Source: Octopus sinensis
Taxonomy: Eukaryota
DNA length: 64,000 bases
Direction of reading: 5' to 3'
NCBI RefSeq assembly: GCF_006345805.1
Contig: NC_042998.1
Span: 201,066,001 to 201,130,000, forward strand
The translations under genes and the position numbers were made by a program. Positions within the stretch are counted from its first letter, which is position 1. The number at the start of each line of letters is the position of its first letter. Positions 11,458-24,150 of this stretch are shown in pieces. Under the pieces are notes generated by a model. The model ran no database searches and was not told where the DNA came from. It saw only the letters and a list, made by a program, of their open reading frames with translations.

Positions 11458-12179
11458 TATTCAGCTTTCAACAAGAGGGATAAAGATTAATCGCCTCTGA
11501 ATCAGAGCAGATTTGATGGGAGTTTTGCTGGGAGTACAATTCAAATAGTTTAATCTATAATCGTTTCATTTATGTTTCTTATTAAGGTAGCATTTTTATT
11601 TTGGAGGTATATTATATCTTTGTCAAAAGTTCCCGTAAAATATACACTAAAATCCATCAGGACACAAACAAATCACATCCAATTTCAATTGCCTGTAATA
11701 CATTTAATTGAACAGACTTGATTCTCTTGATTATATGCCACTCCTGGAACCTTCCCGCTTCTAATTTATAATATTATCATATCGCGTTCACTACTACTTT
11801 AAATAACTCTGTTCAGCCCAATTAAGACCATTGTAGACACAAGAACACCCACCGCACGCCAATTACTATAAATCCGCAAACAAAGTTTCCATTTTAGGTG
11901 TTTTCTCTATAATTACTTTCATTTTGTGGGAACGTCACACCTTTTCCATTCTTGATTTTATGAAATCGTGCAGTGCACATGTATTTCTTATCTAAATGTG
12001 TAATTGAAAGGTAGCATGTGCGTTTTTGGCTGCTGTGATTTCTCCCCATTTCCTTTCCCGGATCCAACACAGCTGTTATAAGGATTTCTCGATATAATTT
12101 TTAAATTGCTTCAAAGTGTTCTTACTTTCTACTTCTTTGTTTTTATTCATTTGAATCAACTGAATAAAAATATATATAG

Positions 12180-12471
12180 CTAGCTGACCCTGAGCCGTCG
12201 AAAATGACGGCTAATTGTAGTATTTTATATGTAAATAAGGTATAAAATAAGTTACAAACTAATCACACATACAAATATTCACATACTTCCATTGTAAACG
12301 CACACACATACACACATATACTCAGAGTTGAAATGCTGTTTGATTTTTCTTTCCAGCGTTGAACGTTCACCATCACATTTTCATTACACACATACGCACA
12401 GAGAAATATACACACACGCACGCACACATGCACACACGCACACACATTCACATACTTCCATTTTATATACA
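12180..12471 (-). mobile_element. Non-autonomous Helitron-like element
   Basis: Minus-strand 3' end has the hairpin AGCCGTC-attttc-GACGGCT (12193-12212) about 9 nt before CTAG (12180-12183). The 5' end resembles T(G)TATATAAAA. Confidence 0.6.
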
Positions 12472-12610
12472 CGCCTATACTCCGATATTATTCCCCCGTC
12501 CTTTCGAAAGCCATCTATCACCCCTTCCTTTCTGATTCATATGTTGTGACGGAGAAAAATAGAAGTTACACAAGGCGCTCTTTGTTACTTCCATTCTCTG
12601 ATTGCTATTA

Positions 12611-12646
<36 letters not shown>

Positions 12647-12743
12647 CAGTGCTATTACTCTCACTCTTTCTCCTTCACTGAATTATTATTTTCTTTCCTC
12701 TCCCTTCACTTATACTACTCTTTCTCCTACTCTGTCTTTTTGG

Positions 12744-12793
<50 letters not shown>

Positions 12794-12794
12794 C

Positions 12795-12830
<36 letters not shown>

Positions 12831-13748
12831 ATACATATATATATACATATATATATATACATATATATATATATGCATATATATATATACATATATATAT
12901 AATATATATATATATATATAATATATATATATATTATATATATATATATATAGATAGATAGATACACACAAATATATATATACATATAAATACATGAAAA
13001 CACTACGCTTATTATTGTATTAGAATATTATTAATCTTTTTTTCTTTCCTATGCTTCTTCTTTTACCATGAAAAACTTATTGATCCTATGTGATATCTTT
13101 TAAATAATGTCATCTACACAGATAAACTTAAAATTCACTTGACACTAGACATGGGAGTCAAACTGAATATAGATGCAAATATTGAACTCTACAGGAATCC
13201 ACTATGGGTTTTAAAGAATAAGTCGGCATTGAGAAAGCTGGTAGTAGAGGCGCCATGGATTATAATTATTAAAATTCCTGAATTGTATTGGGAAAATGAG
13301 AACTAATAAATTTATTAGAGATGGGTTCATGCGCTAAGTTAGTGATAGATTTCTTATTCTACAGGTATTAATGGATGAGGAGAAGCAAAAGACGGGCGTT
13401 CATTATAAACTGGAATTTATTGAAGGGTTTCAATACCAAACAACAATCGTAATAAGTGAAAGCGTAGGAAAACTTGAATTTAAAATGAAAAAAATTATTT
13501 TCATACAAATAACAAAACCATAGATACACTAAAATCGGAAATCACGTGCAATAAAATATTTATTTTAAGTAGAGAATAACTAAGTTTATATAAAATAGCG
13601 AACTAAAATGGTATACTGAGAGTGATAAGAATTTCTGAAAGATATTCATTGCAGATAAACGGGAAGCTCGAATTAGAGGACAAACAAAAATCTATAAACA
13701 ACACAGATACACATATATTTTTTAATCATATAATATGAGCAGTTGTAC

Positions 13749-13788
<40 letters not shown>

Positions 13789-14694
13789 TATATGTTCGAA
13801 TATATAGATATGATGCAATGTTTTCGTTCATAGCCCGATATGGCGTAAAATTTACATTATACAATTTGTTTTTACAAGACTGAAGCAAAGAAATATTTTT
13901 TGACCTAAATATCCGTTACAAATTTAAAAGTGCTAAAGAAAAAAAATGACTACTTCTCAGAAGTATGAAATTGCAGTCAAACCAGTAAATAGATAAGTTA
14001 TGCGTTAACTATATGAATATGTCGCTGGTTGTATATGTAGCCTACTTATTTGTTACGCGATATTCGCTTATTTACGTCTAAACTTTCTTAAAACCATAGA
14101 TATGTGTCCTGATGCTTATAGTTACATGCATAGCTGTATGTATGTAAGTAACCTCATTTTTTACTTTGTTTCTAGTAGTTTCAGTTAGTATATTGTTTTT
14201 AGTTTCCCGGACATAAACACATAAATAAGTTTAAGATAACCGATTTTTTTCTTTATTTGTTCGACTAAGTGGTTATTAGCACAAATCTGCCCAACATCCT
14301 ATGCCTTAAGATCAGTCTCCAAATCATGTAGATACGAAATGAGTTTTAATCATACAACTAAAACCATATTATGTAAGAGAAGAAAATAAAATAATACGAA
14401 TTTAATCACCACATGAACGTTAACTAACAACTTTGGCTACAACATGAATATCAACGCATATGGTGAGTAAGTAGGTGTCTTTAATTCTACTAACATTACA
14501 CTCCTTTCCGTACACCAAGATTTTGAAAGTTGCACTTACATAAGACACCAAAAAGAGATAAATATAAAAGCAATAAAAATATGTAAACCTAAAAAGCTTT
14601 AGCGTGAATATATTTAAAATTGCACACCTAGTGCCAGAAACACCAACACCTATATATACCAGGATATATGAAATCTGGGTATAATTTTAATAAA

Positions 14695-15093
14695 CTAGCA
14701 GTATCACCCGGCGTTGCTCGGATTTGTGAAGGGAAATAACTATATAAGCATTTTTAGAGAGTTATAGCCAAAAAATAGCAAAAAAATGCATTAAAAATGG
14801 AAAAAGAAATGATGGCAATTTTCTTTAAATCGTTGACTCATCGTAGACATTTTTAAAGAGATACTTCCCTTATATAATAGCGAAAAAAATGCATTAAAAT
14901 TGAAAAAAATGATGGTAAATTGTTTTTAAATTCGTAGACTCATCGTAGACGCGTGCTAATACCCAGAATGGGCTCGATATGAATCACGACAATAAGATAC
15001 CCGGTTTTGGTTAAACTGCACCGCAAAATGTGGGAGTAGTTAGGAATCTAAATCGTAGGAGACAGACACACAACCTATCTTTTATATATAAAG
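14695..15093 (-). mobile_element. Non-autonomous Helitron-like element
   Basis: Minus-strand 5' CTTTATATATAAAAG. The 3' end has a GC-rich hairpin (CCGAGCAACGCCGGG) followed by CTAG. Confidence 0.7.
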
Positions 15094-15502
15094 TTTAAAG
15101 CCGAAAAGAACAACTATAGTAATATCATATACATGGATTTCTCGCTTAAACCAATTTTCAAACTTGCAATGGTACTATCAACATATTAATCTTCTCTTCC
15201 AATGATATTATGGATTTGGACCAATGCACACAATCAACACACTACTCCATAGCTTTATACATGCAGGACATTGTGAATTCAGGAAAGAAAATGATTTCGT
15301 GTCTATCATTCTAACAAACTCTCGGCATCAGCATCGCTTTTGATCCTTTTCTTCGTTAACTTCCCATAGAAAGCAAACTCAACATCGCCTTCAGAAACAG
15401 CGACCCACAACGGTAGCTCACTCCTGTCAGACAACCAAGCGTGTGTAATCCAGAAGGAAAAAAACAAGTGTGCAAAATCTGTAATTATCTTTATGGTATA
15501 CC

Positions 15503-15733
15503 TATTTCTTTACTACCCACAAAGGGCTAAACGCAGAGGGGACAAACAAGGACAGACAGAGGGACTAAGTCGATTATACCGACCCCAGTACGTAACTGGC
15601 ACTTAATTTATCGACCCCGAAAGGATGAAAGGCAAAGTCGACCTCGGCGGAAATTAAACTCAGAACGTAACGGCAGACGAAATACTGCTAAGCATTTCGC
15701 CCGGGTGCTAACGTTTCTGCCAGCTCACCGCCT
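15503..15733 (-). mobile_element. tRNA-derived SINE family B with a 13-bp TSD
   Basis: Head GGCGGTGAGCTGGCAG, B box GAGTTTAATTCC. TTTATGGTATACC occurs at 15490-15502 and 15738-15750. Confidence 0.9.
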
Positions 15734-15737
15734 TATA

Positions 15738-16080
15738 TTTATGGTATACCACAAGGACATACATTAGATTCATTTATGGTATACATTAGATACATTTATG
15801 GTATACCACAAGGACATACATTAGATTCATTTATGGTATACATTAGATACATTTATGGTATACCACAAGGACATACATTAGATCCATTTATGGTATACAT
15901 TAGATACATTTATGGTATACATTAGATACATTTATGGTATACCACAAGGACATACATTAGATTCATTTATGGTATACATTAGATACATTTATGGTATACC
16001 ACAAGGACATACATTAGATCCATTTATGGTATACATTAGATACATTTATGGTATACCACGAGGACATACATTAGATCCAT
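15738..16080. repeat. Composite minisatellite (~57-bp unit built from ATTTATGGTATAC / ACATTAGAT subunits)
   Basis: Direct tandem repeats visible in the sequence. Confidence 0.9.
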
Positions 16081-16536
16081 CCCTTTCACACACTTCTTAA
16101 GTGGTTTTATTTCTTCTAGGCTATATTTTCCGGTTCGGGATATCTGGCATCACCATTCACTCTGGCTTACGCTCATTTTTCGATCCTCATACACTGTATT
16201 AATATTCCTTGCGCTTTTCCTTCCCTTGTTGCCTGTTTTGAACTCATAAAGCAAATTATGCTGAAGATGCTCAGTTGTCACCACTTCCATTATAGTTTTG
16301 AAAAAATCTCTTAAAATAGAACAGCACACTTCAAAAATTTACACTGAGAATAAGTACACCATAGAATTACTATCTGCTTTTATAGCAAGTTGATGCAGGT
16401 ATTTTATTCCGCCCCACCCCCTTCGACTTTTAGTTCATGTAGTTGAAAGAAACAGCATTATTTATGGGATGAGCAAATGTATATATATATAGAGAGAGAT
16501 AGATAGATAGATAGATAGATATCGATATATATATAT

Positions 16537-16605
<69 letters not shown>

Positions 16606-16608
<3 letters not shown>

Positions 16609-16731
16609 GGTGTCCCAAAAATGTATACACACCTTAAATAATTGTAAATTTGTTACTCTTTGTAAGCCTAGTACTTATTCTATCGTTCTCGTTTGCCGAA
16701 CCACTATGTGTATAAATTTTTGGGGGACACC

Positions 16732-16734
<3 letters not shown>
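16606..16734. mobile_element. Tc1/mariner-type MITE carrying a SINE fragment
   Basis: TIRs CAGGGTGTCCCAAAAATGTATACACA / TGTGTATAAATTTTTGGGGGACACCCTG inside (TA)n. The interior matches SINE family A sequence. Confidence 0.7.
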
Positions 16735-16772
<38 letters not shown>

Positions 16773-16833
16773 TATTTGAGACAAAACCATATTTTGCAAA
16801 ACAAACAAGGAAAGACTTAATCAATACATAAAA

Positions 16834-16864
<31 letters not shown>

Positions 16865-16904
16865 CGTGTATGTGGGTATGTATGCATGCATTGCATAAAA
16901 CTAG

Positions 16905-17720
16905 CAACATGTCTCAGAAACCTACTTCATGGGAATACATGGACCGATTTTACATAAAAGAGAGGACAGACCACGGTTTACCACCAGAAATGTATTTGAT
17001 GCATTATCGCATATCCCAACCATATTTACCCCAGCAATCTTAAAGGAACCAAACTAAGCGATAAAAGGATACAAAACTGAGCCAGACCTCATAAGTTGTT
17101 ATATTCACACTACAATACATCGAATAACAATATTAATTGGGAATCATAACTTGATGGATTTTGAGCCTCTGTACGAAAAAGAATAAAAGACATTCAACCA
17201 CCCAAACTATATACAATAATCATATTACTTTTACAAAACTTCTCCAAGGATTGATATTCTCACTCCAGAAAAATCAAGTGCATACATACAGTATGGTGGT
17301 TGGTATACCGATTCATAATAAAAAAGAAGTACTTGTTGAATGTCCCAGTGAAACACAATAGTGTAAACACAATAGACCTGATATAACGATTTTCTAGAGA
17401 AGAAAAGATGTATACAGATGTGGAAATCAGCTGCCCAGAGTACGTTAACATAAAACTGAAGATCTGTGAAAAAGAAAATACCTACGCTGAACTATTGAAA
17501 AATCTGCAGTTACTCTATCCAGATTACACGTTCAGGGTATTATTGGAAGACTGAAATATGTAACACACTGCCTACTTATACACTAATCTTGAGAAATTAG
17601 GCTTCTCAAAAACTAAAAGGAGAAAGTTGATTCAAAGTCCACAGATCCAATCCATCACTGGATCTGTAAAAAATCTGTAGAGCTGTGCAGATTTACAGAT
17701 TTATCATTTTAAACATATAT
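16905..17720 (+). mobile_element. R4/Dong-clade (RLE) non-LTR retrotransposon 3' remnant
   Basis: Degenerate KHNRPDI...VEISCP...NLQLLYPDYTFRV...NLEKLGFSK restriction-like endonuclease region, followed by (TACA)n. Confidence 0.65.
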
Positions 17721-17847
17721 GAGCATGTCTAGATATGTCTAGATATGCATGAGACGACATAGATGAAAAAACAGAGATCTGCGTGTATACATACATTCAT
17801 ACATACATACATACATACATACATACATACATACATACATGCATACA

Positions 17848-17879
<32 letters not shown>

Positions 17880-18312
17880 GACATACATACATACATACAT
17901 ACATACATTCATATATACATACATACATACATACATACATACATACATACATACATACATACATACGTTCATGCATACATACATGCATGTATACATACAT
18001 ACATATAGACAGGCTCTACTTAAGCAAGGATAAAGGAGGTAGAGGCTCGAGATCAGTGCAGAGTGACTTCGAATGTCACTCTGTCTCAGACAACACTTGG
18101 TAATCAACACAAACAGAAATACATTAATTTAGAGCTGAACAGGGAAAAAAAATCAATATCCTACATGTCAGAAGGGAGTTTCTCAACAAGCGCCCTCTTT
18201 CTGTTGATTTCCCATAGAACGCCAAATCAGCCGGACTAGCATACCTCAGAGAACACCTGGAGGTCAAACGCTCATCGTACCAAAAGAAAAAGACCATGCT
18301 ACGAATATTTCC

Positions 18313-18435
18313 TGAAGAGCTGGCAGAATTGTTAGCGCGCCGGGCGAAATGCTTAGCGGTATTTTGTCTGCCGTTACGTTGTGAGTTCAAATTCCACCGA
18401 GGTCGACTTTACCTTTCATCCTTTCGGAGTCGATA
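18313..18435 (+). mobile_element. SINE family B, partial
   Basis: GAGCTGGCAGAATTGTTAGCGCGCCGGGCG...GAGTTCAAATTCC. Confidence 0.85.
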
Positions 18436-19327
18436 ATTCCTGAAAACAGTTGCACTGACATGAAGCGAAGCCTTCCTTCGACTCGTGACCAATGGTAATG
18501 GATAATAACTAGCATCAAATTATTTGACCAACATCAGTGAAACATACACTCCGATCTTCTTAAGTAAATAAAAAAAAAATAGTTAATTTGTAAGAGATTG
18601 TTTTAAAGATGGTAATACCTGATCTTCAAAATAACGTACTGGTTACTCTTATGTTTGATAACTAATTTGAAAGCTTGCATTTTGCTGAAGTCATCATAAG
18701 GTATATAAAGTGTCAAGTATTATGTTAACGGAACGGATTAAAAACATAGCCTATTGAGGAAGCTATCAAACTGGCTTCTGCTCAAAATCCAACAAGAATT
18801 CACTTAGAATGATTAGCGTAGCATTGATTAATGTAAAAGTCACTGTCGAAAATATTTGCTCTCTTCCACTGAAACTCTTATAGGAAATCATTGAAAAAAG
18901 AGACTCTCAATATAAATATATATATAAATGTGAACTTATACTCGATGAGATCTAATGAGTTACCACACTTTCATTTGTTACAGTTATGCAGTAGATATAA
19001 GTCCGAATGATTATCTGAGCACCTCCTTAACAGAACCAAACCCGAATGGAGTGGAATATATACATTCCAGCATGAAGACACTCTTTCTCCGCTCACATGA
19101 ATATATATACATAAATGAGTGTGTGTATGTATATATACTTCCATGCTTGTATGCATGTATTTTCGCTTGTGTATAGATTCATATGTGCGTGTGTGGGTTT
19201 GTGTGTGTATAAGAATATATAGTTATATACGTATATGGATATTTGCATGTAGGTATATGGAATGCTTTTGTGATTGTATACTTGCTTCTATTTACGGTTA
19301 TATTATAGGTACACACATATGCATATG

Positions 19328-19364
<37 letters not shown>

Positions 19365-19410
19365 GTATATATGTATGTATGTATTTGTGTCTGTGTATAT
19401 GCGCGTGTGT

Positions 19411-19451
<41 letters not shown>

Positions 19452-20530
19452 TGTATGTACATATACTTACATGTCAACGAAAAACGATCAATTATTTATA
19501 TATTTATATTTATGCAGACAAGGTTTCTTGCTCTAATGGTTATTCCATGGTTATAGCGTATAATATCGCTTTCTATGCTATGTCTTTATGATTCCTATAA
19601 AATATTGTAATATGCGCAAAAACTTGAAAAAAAAACCTATTTTATGAATATTTTAACAAATGGTTCTTTAAACTCTCTATCACACTCTCTCTCTCTTTCT
19701 ATATTTGTCTCATTCCTTTTTCATATATGTACGTGAACGTTTATATATACACATATATTCACATGTGAATGTGTATGTGTATATGTGTGTACGCAAGCGC
19801 GAGTATATGTGTATCTATTTTCATTTTCTGTCTCTTTGTTATATCATAAATATATGCTTATATACTGCAAAACGTACGATGTACACATTTTTATGCGTTA
19901 TTGTAGCTCTGGCTATGCGTTTGTGATAATTTAGCTAATTGAAATAATGCCTTGAATATTTGTGTCCAGTGTAAATTATAAAATATAGTTACACCCATGG
20001 CTGGTGCCAAGCTATTTTGCTTTCTATGGTCGATCACCAACTCTTATCTCGCTAAAAATATAATTGCTAACTTCGTTTTTATCAAAGTAGTGTTTTCTTA
20101 AAAGAAAGAAAGAACATAACGAGATGAAACTATTCAATATATTTGAACTTACAATACTGAATAATATTTCAATATCTTTTCTTTTTCAAACAATAAAAGA
20201 ATATATTCTGGCACTATAAGCAACACAACATTAAAACTATTGCTCACTCAACTTCGTCTACAATCATTGCACGGTTACTTTCATACGCGTCTTGTAACGA
20301 CAATACTTTGCTTGCAATCATACTGGAAACTTAACAAAAATCCTTCAAACAGTTTAAAACAGATTCAGCTTCTAAGAGTTGCTAATCATATACATCTAAG
20401 AGTTACAAATCTTATAGATTATGTAATTAGAGTTTACGTCATATGAAAGTTTCAAATTCAGAATTTTCCAATGAAAGAATTGTCATTACGTCAATATGAA
20501 GCGCTATGTGTGGGCATATTCAGCTGATAT

Positions 20531-21290
20531 GGCGGCGAGCTGGCAGAATCGTTAGCGCGCCGGAAGAAATGCTTAGCGGTATTTCGTCTGCCGCTACGTT
20601 GTGAGTTCAAATTCCGCTGAGGTCGACTTTACCTTTCATCCTTTCGGGGTCGATAAATTAAGAACCAGTTACGCACTGGGGTCGATGTAATCGACTTAAT
20701 ACCTATGTCTGTCCTTGTTTGTCCTCTCTGTGTTTAGCCCTTGTGGGTAATAAAGAAATAGGTATTTCGTCTGCGCTACGTTGTGAGTCAAATTCCGATG
20801 AGGTCGACTTTACCATCCTTTCGGGGTCGATAAATTAAGAACAGTTACGCACTGGGGTCGAGTAATCGACTTAATACCTATGTCTGTCTTGTTTGTCCTC
20901 TCTGTGTTTAGCCCCTGGGGTAATAAAGAAATAAGTATTTCGTCTACGTTGTGAGTTCAAATTCCGCTGAGGTCGACTTACCTCATCCTTCGGGGTCGAT
21001 AAATTATAGTACCAGTTTCGCACTGGGGTCGAGTAATCGACTTAATCCGTGTGTCTGTCCTTGTTGGTCCCTTCTGTGTTTAGCCCTTGTGGGTAATGAA
21101 GAAATAGGTATTTCGTCTGTCCTTACGTTCTGAGTTCAAATTCCGCCGAGGTCGACTTTGCCTTTCATCCTTTCGGTGTCGATAAATAAAGTACCAGTTA
21201 CGCACTTGGTTCGATGTAATCGATTTAATCCCTTTGTCTGTCCTTGTTTGTCCTCTCTGTGTTTAGCCCCTTGTGGGCAGTAAAAAAATA
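20531..21290 (+). mobile_element. SINE family B tandem tetramer within one TSD
   Basis: One full head, then three extra units starting at (G/A)GTATTTCGTCT (~20761, ~20935, ~21107). Flanks are ATATTCAGCTGATAT (20516-20530) and ATATTCAGCTGGTAT (21290-21304). Confidence 0.9.
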
Positions 21291-21349
21291 TATTCAGCTG
21301 GTATAGCCGTCAATCTACGTAGTCAGTTATGCAAATTTTTTATTGTAAG

Positions 21350-24150
21350 CACGATTTTATAGTCTCAGTTTTGAGATTCTCACCGCTTGCCTTTGTTTCT
21401 GTTCATTCACAAATTTGGTAGCTTACTTCGGAATTTTGTTGAAATATGAAGAGACGCATTCTTTTGTGTTTCAGTTTCGGACGCTTTCTCACTATTACTA
21501 TATCTTTGTAACATATTTTCAACAGTAAAATCTTTGTTTTCCTTATTCATCAGTTATGTTATCCAAATTCCTGCAAGCCTGAATTTAAATCCTATTTGAG
21601 TTGCGTTTTCTGCGTACTCAATCAGGAGAGGAATGTGTCAAGAACGGAATCATATTTCGTAATTCTTTCAACATCTCTTTGATAGCTAGCATGTAATATA
21701 CAAAGTTGCTTAAATTTATGATTTGGATGATGTGGAGGCTATTCTTGGACCTCATATCTAAGCTGTTTCATTCCCCAATTTCGAAATAATTTTTCTTGAA
21801 AGTCTGAAAATATCTCAGGTTCTTTTATACTTTCAGTAGCATTTGTCAAAGGATAATTCTTAATAACTTGCAACTGTCATACACCTGAATATAAATCAGG
21901 TTACGTATGTTCGGAAGATTGACTTGAAGAATGATGTCCCGTTGCATCTCAAAAAGACTCATCCTTAGTTCGAAAGAATATTTCTACATCAAATTGAAAT
22001 ATTCATTGTTTTATCGCACATCTATTTCTATATAACCATTGTTTGAAGTAAAATACCCATCAAGGTAATTTACCCGAAATAGAAACTACAGGAGCTACCC
22101 AGAGATATTGGAAGTTCTTTTCCTGATTCCATCACAATGTCTGAAATTCCTGCTTTTCATCTGGACCAATCTTTCAAACCTATTACCCAGACCAATCTTC
22201 AGCAGAAAATATCACACAATTTGAGCTGGAAAACTTTGGCAATCGGCATGATATCGCCTGTCAAATGTCTCGCGAACGAAATTTTAACATTTGCTGTTCT
22301 TTAACTGCTAAGAAATTTCACGTTTGTCCTACCCGGCCACTATAAATTCAAACAAGACGGTAGATTTTGAATTGTAGAAGAACAGGAAGATATTTGTTCC
22401 GAGTGATATTACAGCTTACCTCCTCCGAGAGGCTCACTTGAATCAAGCAATCCGTGACTGGATCAAAAACGAAAAGTGTACCATACCGTTGCTTTCTTCG
22501 TTGGAAACTTGTTACCTATTAAAATACAATCTGGTGGTGATGTCTTAGGTTTATTGACCTTTTCAAAGAGCTAATGCCATATTTTTCCCAGGTGGTATAT
22601 CCTAAGAAACTCTATTAACTTGTATTACATAACAACTTCGAAGTAATGTAGCAGTGATCAATATAATTTTACAATGCTAAATAGATGCGCATAGATAACC
22701 ATAAATATTTTACACAAAGCTGAAAGCACTAGTTGCTTCCTTAATTTATCAGTGTCACTGAGAACCAAATTTAAAGTATCTTCTTTGCAGAACACACACA
22801 CAAACAAACAACCATTTGTCTGACAAAGACACTTGGCTCGTCTACATTTTCTTCACTTTTTTTTATATTAAGAACACCACTTGAGAATCTAGTTACGAAG
22901 ATTCGCAAATGGTTTTCCTATTTACTCAAGCTGTCAAAGCAGATTAATTTCTAAAATATCCGTACCGTTTCCTCAGGGAAGCAAGTTTCCACAAATGTTC
23001 TATGGTGAACTAATGCTTAATTATACAATGGTTTTATAATATTGCATGGACAATACATACTGTTCTTTTTTCAGTATGACTAACAACAGGTGTGCATTGC
23101 AGAATAATGGAATGTAATTTGACTTCTTTAGTGTTATCATTTGCGGCGTTATAGCACCAGCTCACCAGCTACGATCTTTAAGTAGTAATGTTGAATATCT
23201 TTTACCAAGTAGTCAACAATTACTTTAACATCATTAAACGATAAGATCTATTCATAAATGACAAAATTTTAAGAAAGTTTAGATACTAATTAAACTATAA
23301 AGATAATTTAATTGCTATCAGAAGAACTTTTCATTTGCACAGTAGAATGACAAGTTACTTTTGCATGGCAAGAACTGTAACCAAAGCCATCAAAAGTTGC
23401 ATGATTGGTCACTAACACTGTTCTATTTGACTAGTTTTCAGCTCATAATAATCAGTTGTTTCATAAGCTGCAACTCAATAGGAATATTAAATAAAACATG
23501 AGAACACACACATCCAAATTAAATTCAACTCAATAGTACTGTCAGTGCCAAAAACACTGATCTACCAATAATTAATGAACTTCCATAAGCATTAAAATAA
23601 TGCATCTTTTCATTAGTCTACTTTTCTTACAGCAAGTAGTTTGTATAAAGCCTTGAATTTCAAGTTAGGTAGTTCGCGCATAACTTTCAAGTTATTGTTG
23701 ATACTCTTTCTGGTGATGGATAGCCAAAGTTTGTTTGAAGCTTAGTTGCAGCTTGGCACTGCTCTCTTCATTATATGCATCAGAGATTATGTACACTTAG
23801 AAATTAAGAGAATTTGTTTAACAAAGTAGAAGCCAACATATTTGAAAACAAAGTTCCCCTCAGTGGATAGCGTATGTGTGACCAATACATAAAAATTCAA
23901 TAAAGAGGTAACTTTCACTAATAAATAACGCCCACGACTCAACAAGAACACACAACGTATTACAGGACAATACTGACCTTACCAATTCCAGTAATCCCAT
24001 TAATTTCGATACATCCCATACACCATTCATATTCCAGCTATTTACATCTAACTTAATTGCATCACTTCTAGAACTGCTTACCTCCCTCGCATATAATCTT
24101 TTCACTTAGGCACTGTTAGACCCAACACCGTTTGGAAATCGGTGTGCACT
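21350..24150 (-). mobile_element. Heavily decayed APE-RT LINE (L2/CR1-like)
   Basis: LDVNSWNMNG...CVLVESW resembles an APE endonuclease N-terminus. KTSPPDCIL ... IAKVFQLKLCDIFC*RL...KAGI resembles RT domains 0-2. Many stops. Confidence 0.45.

Noticed and set aside
15738-16080. Repeat arrays here and at 29414-29682 as CRISPR-like
   Set aside because: No unique spacers, eukaryotic context and no cas genes. These are ordinary minisatellites.
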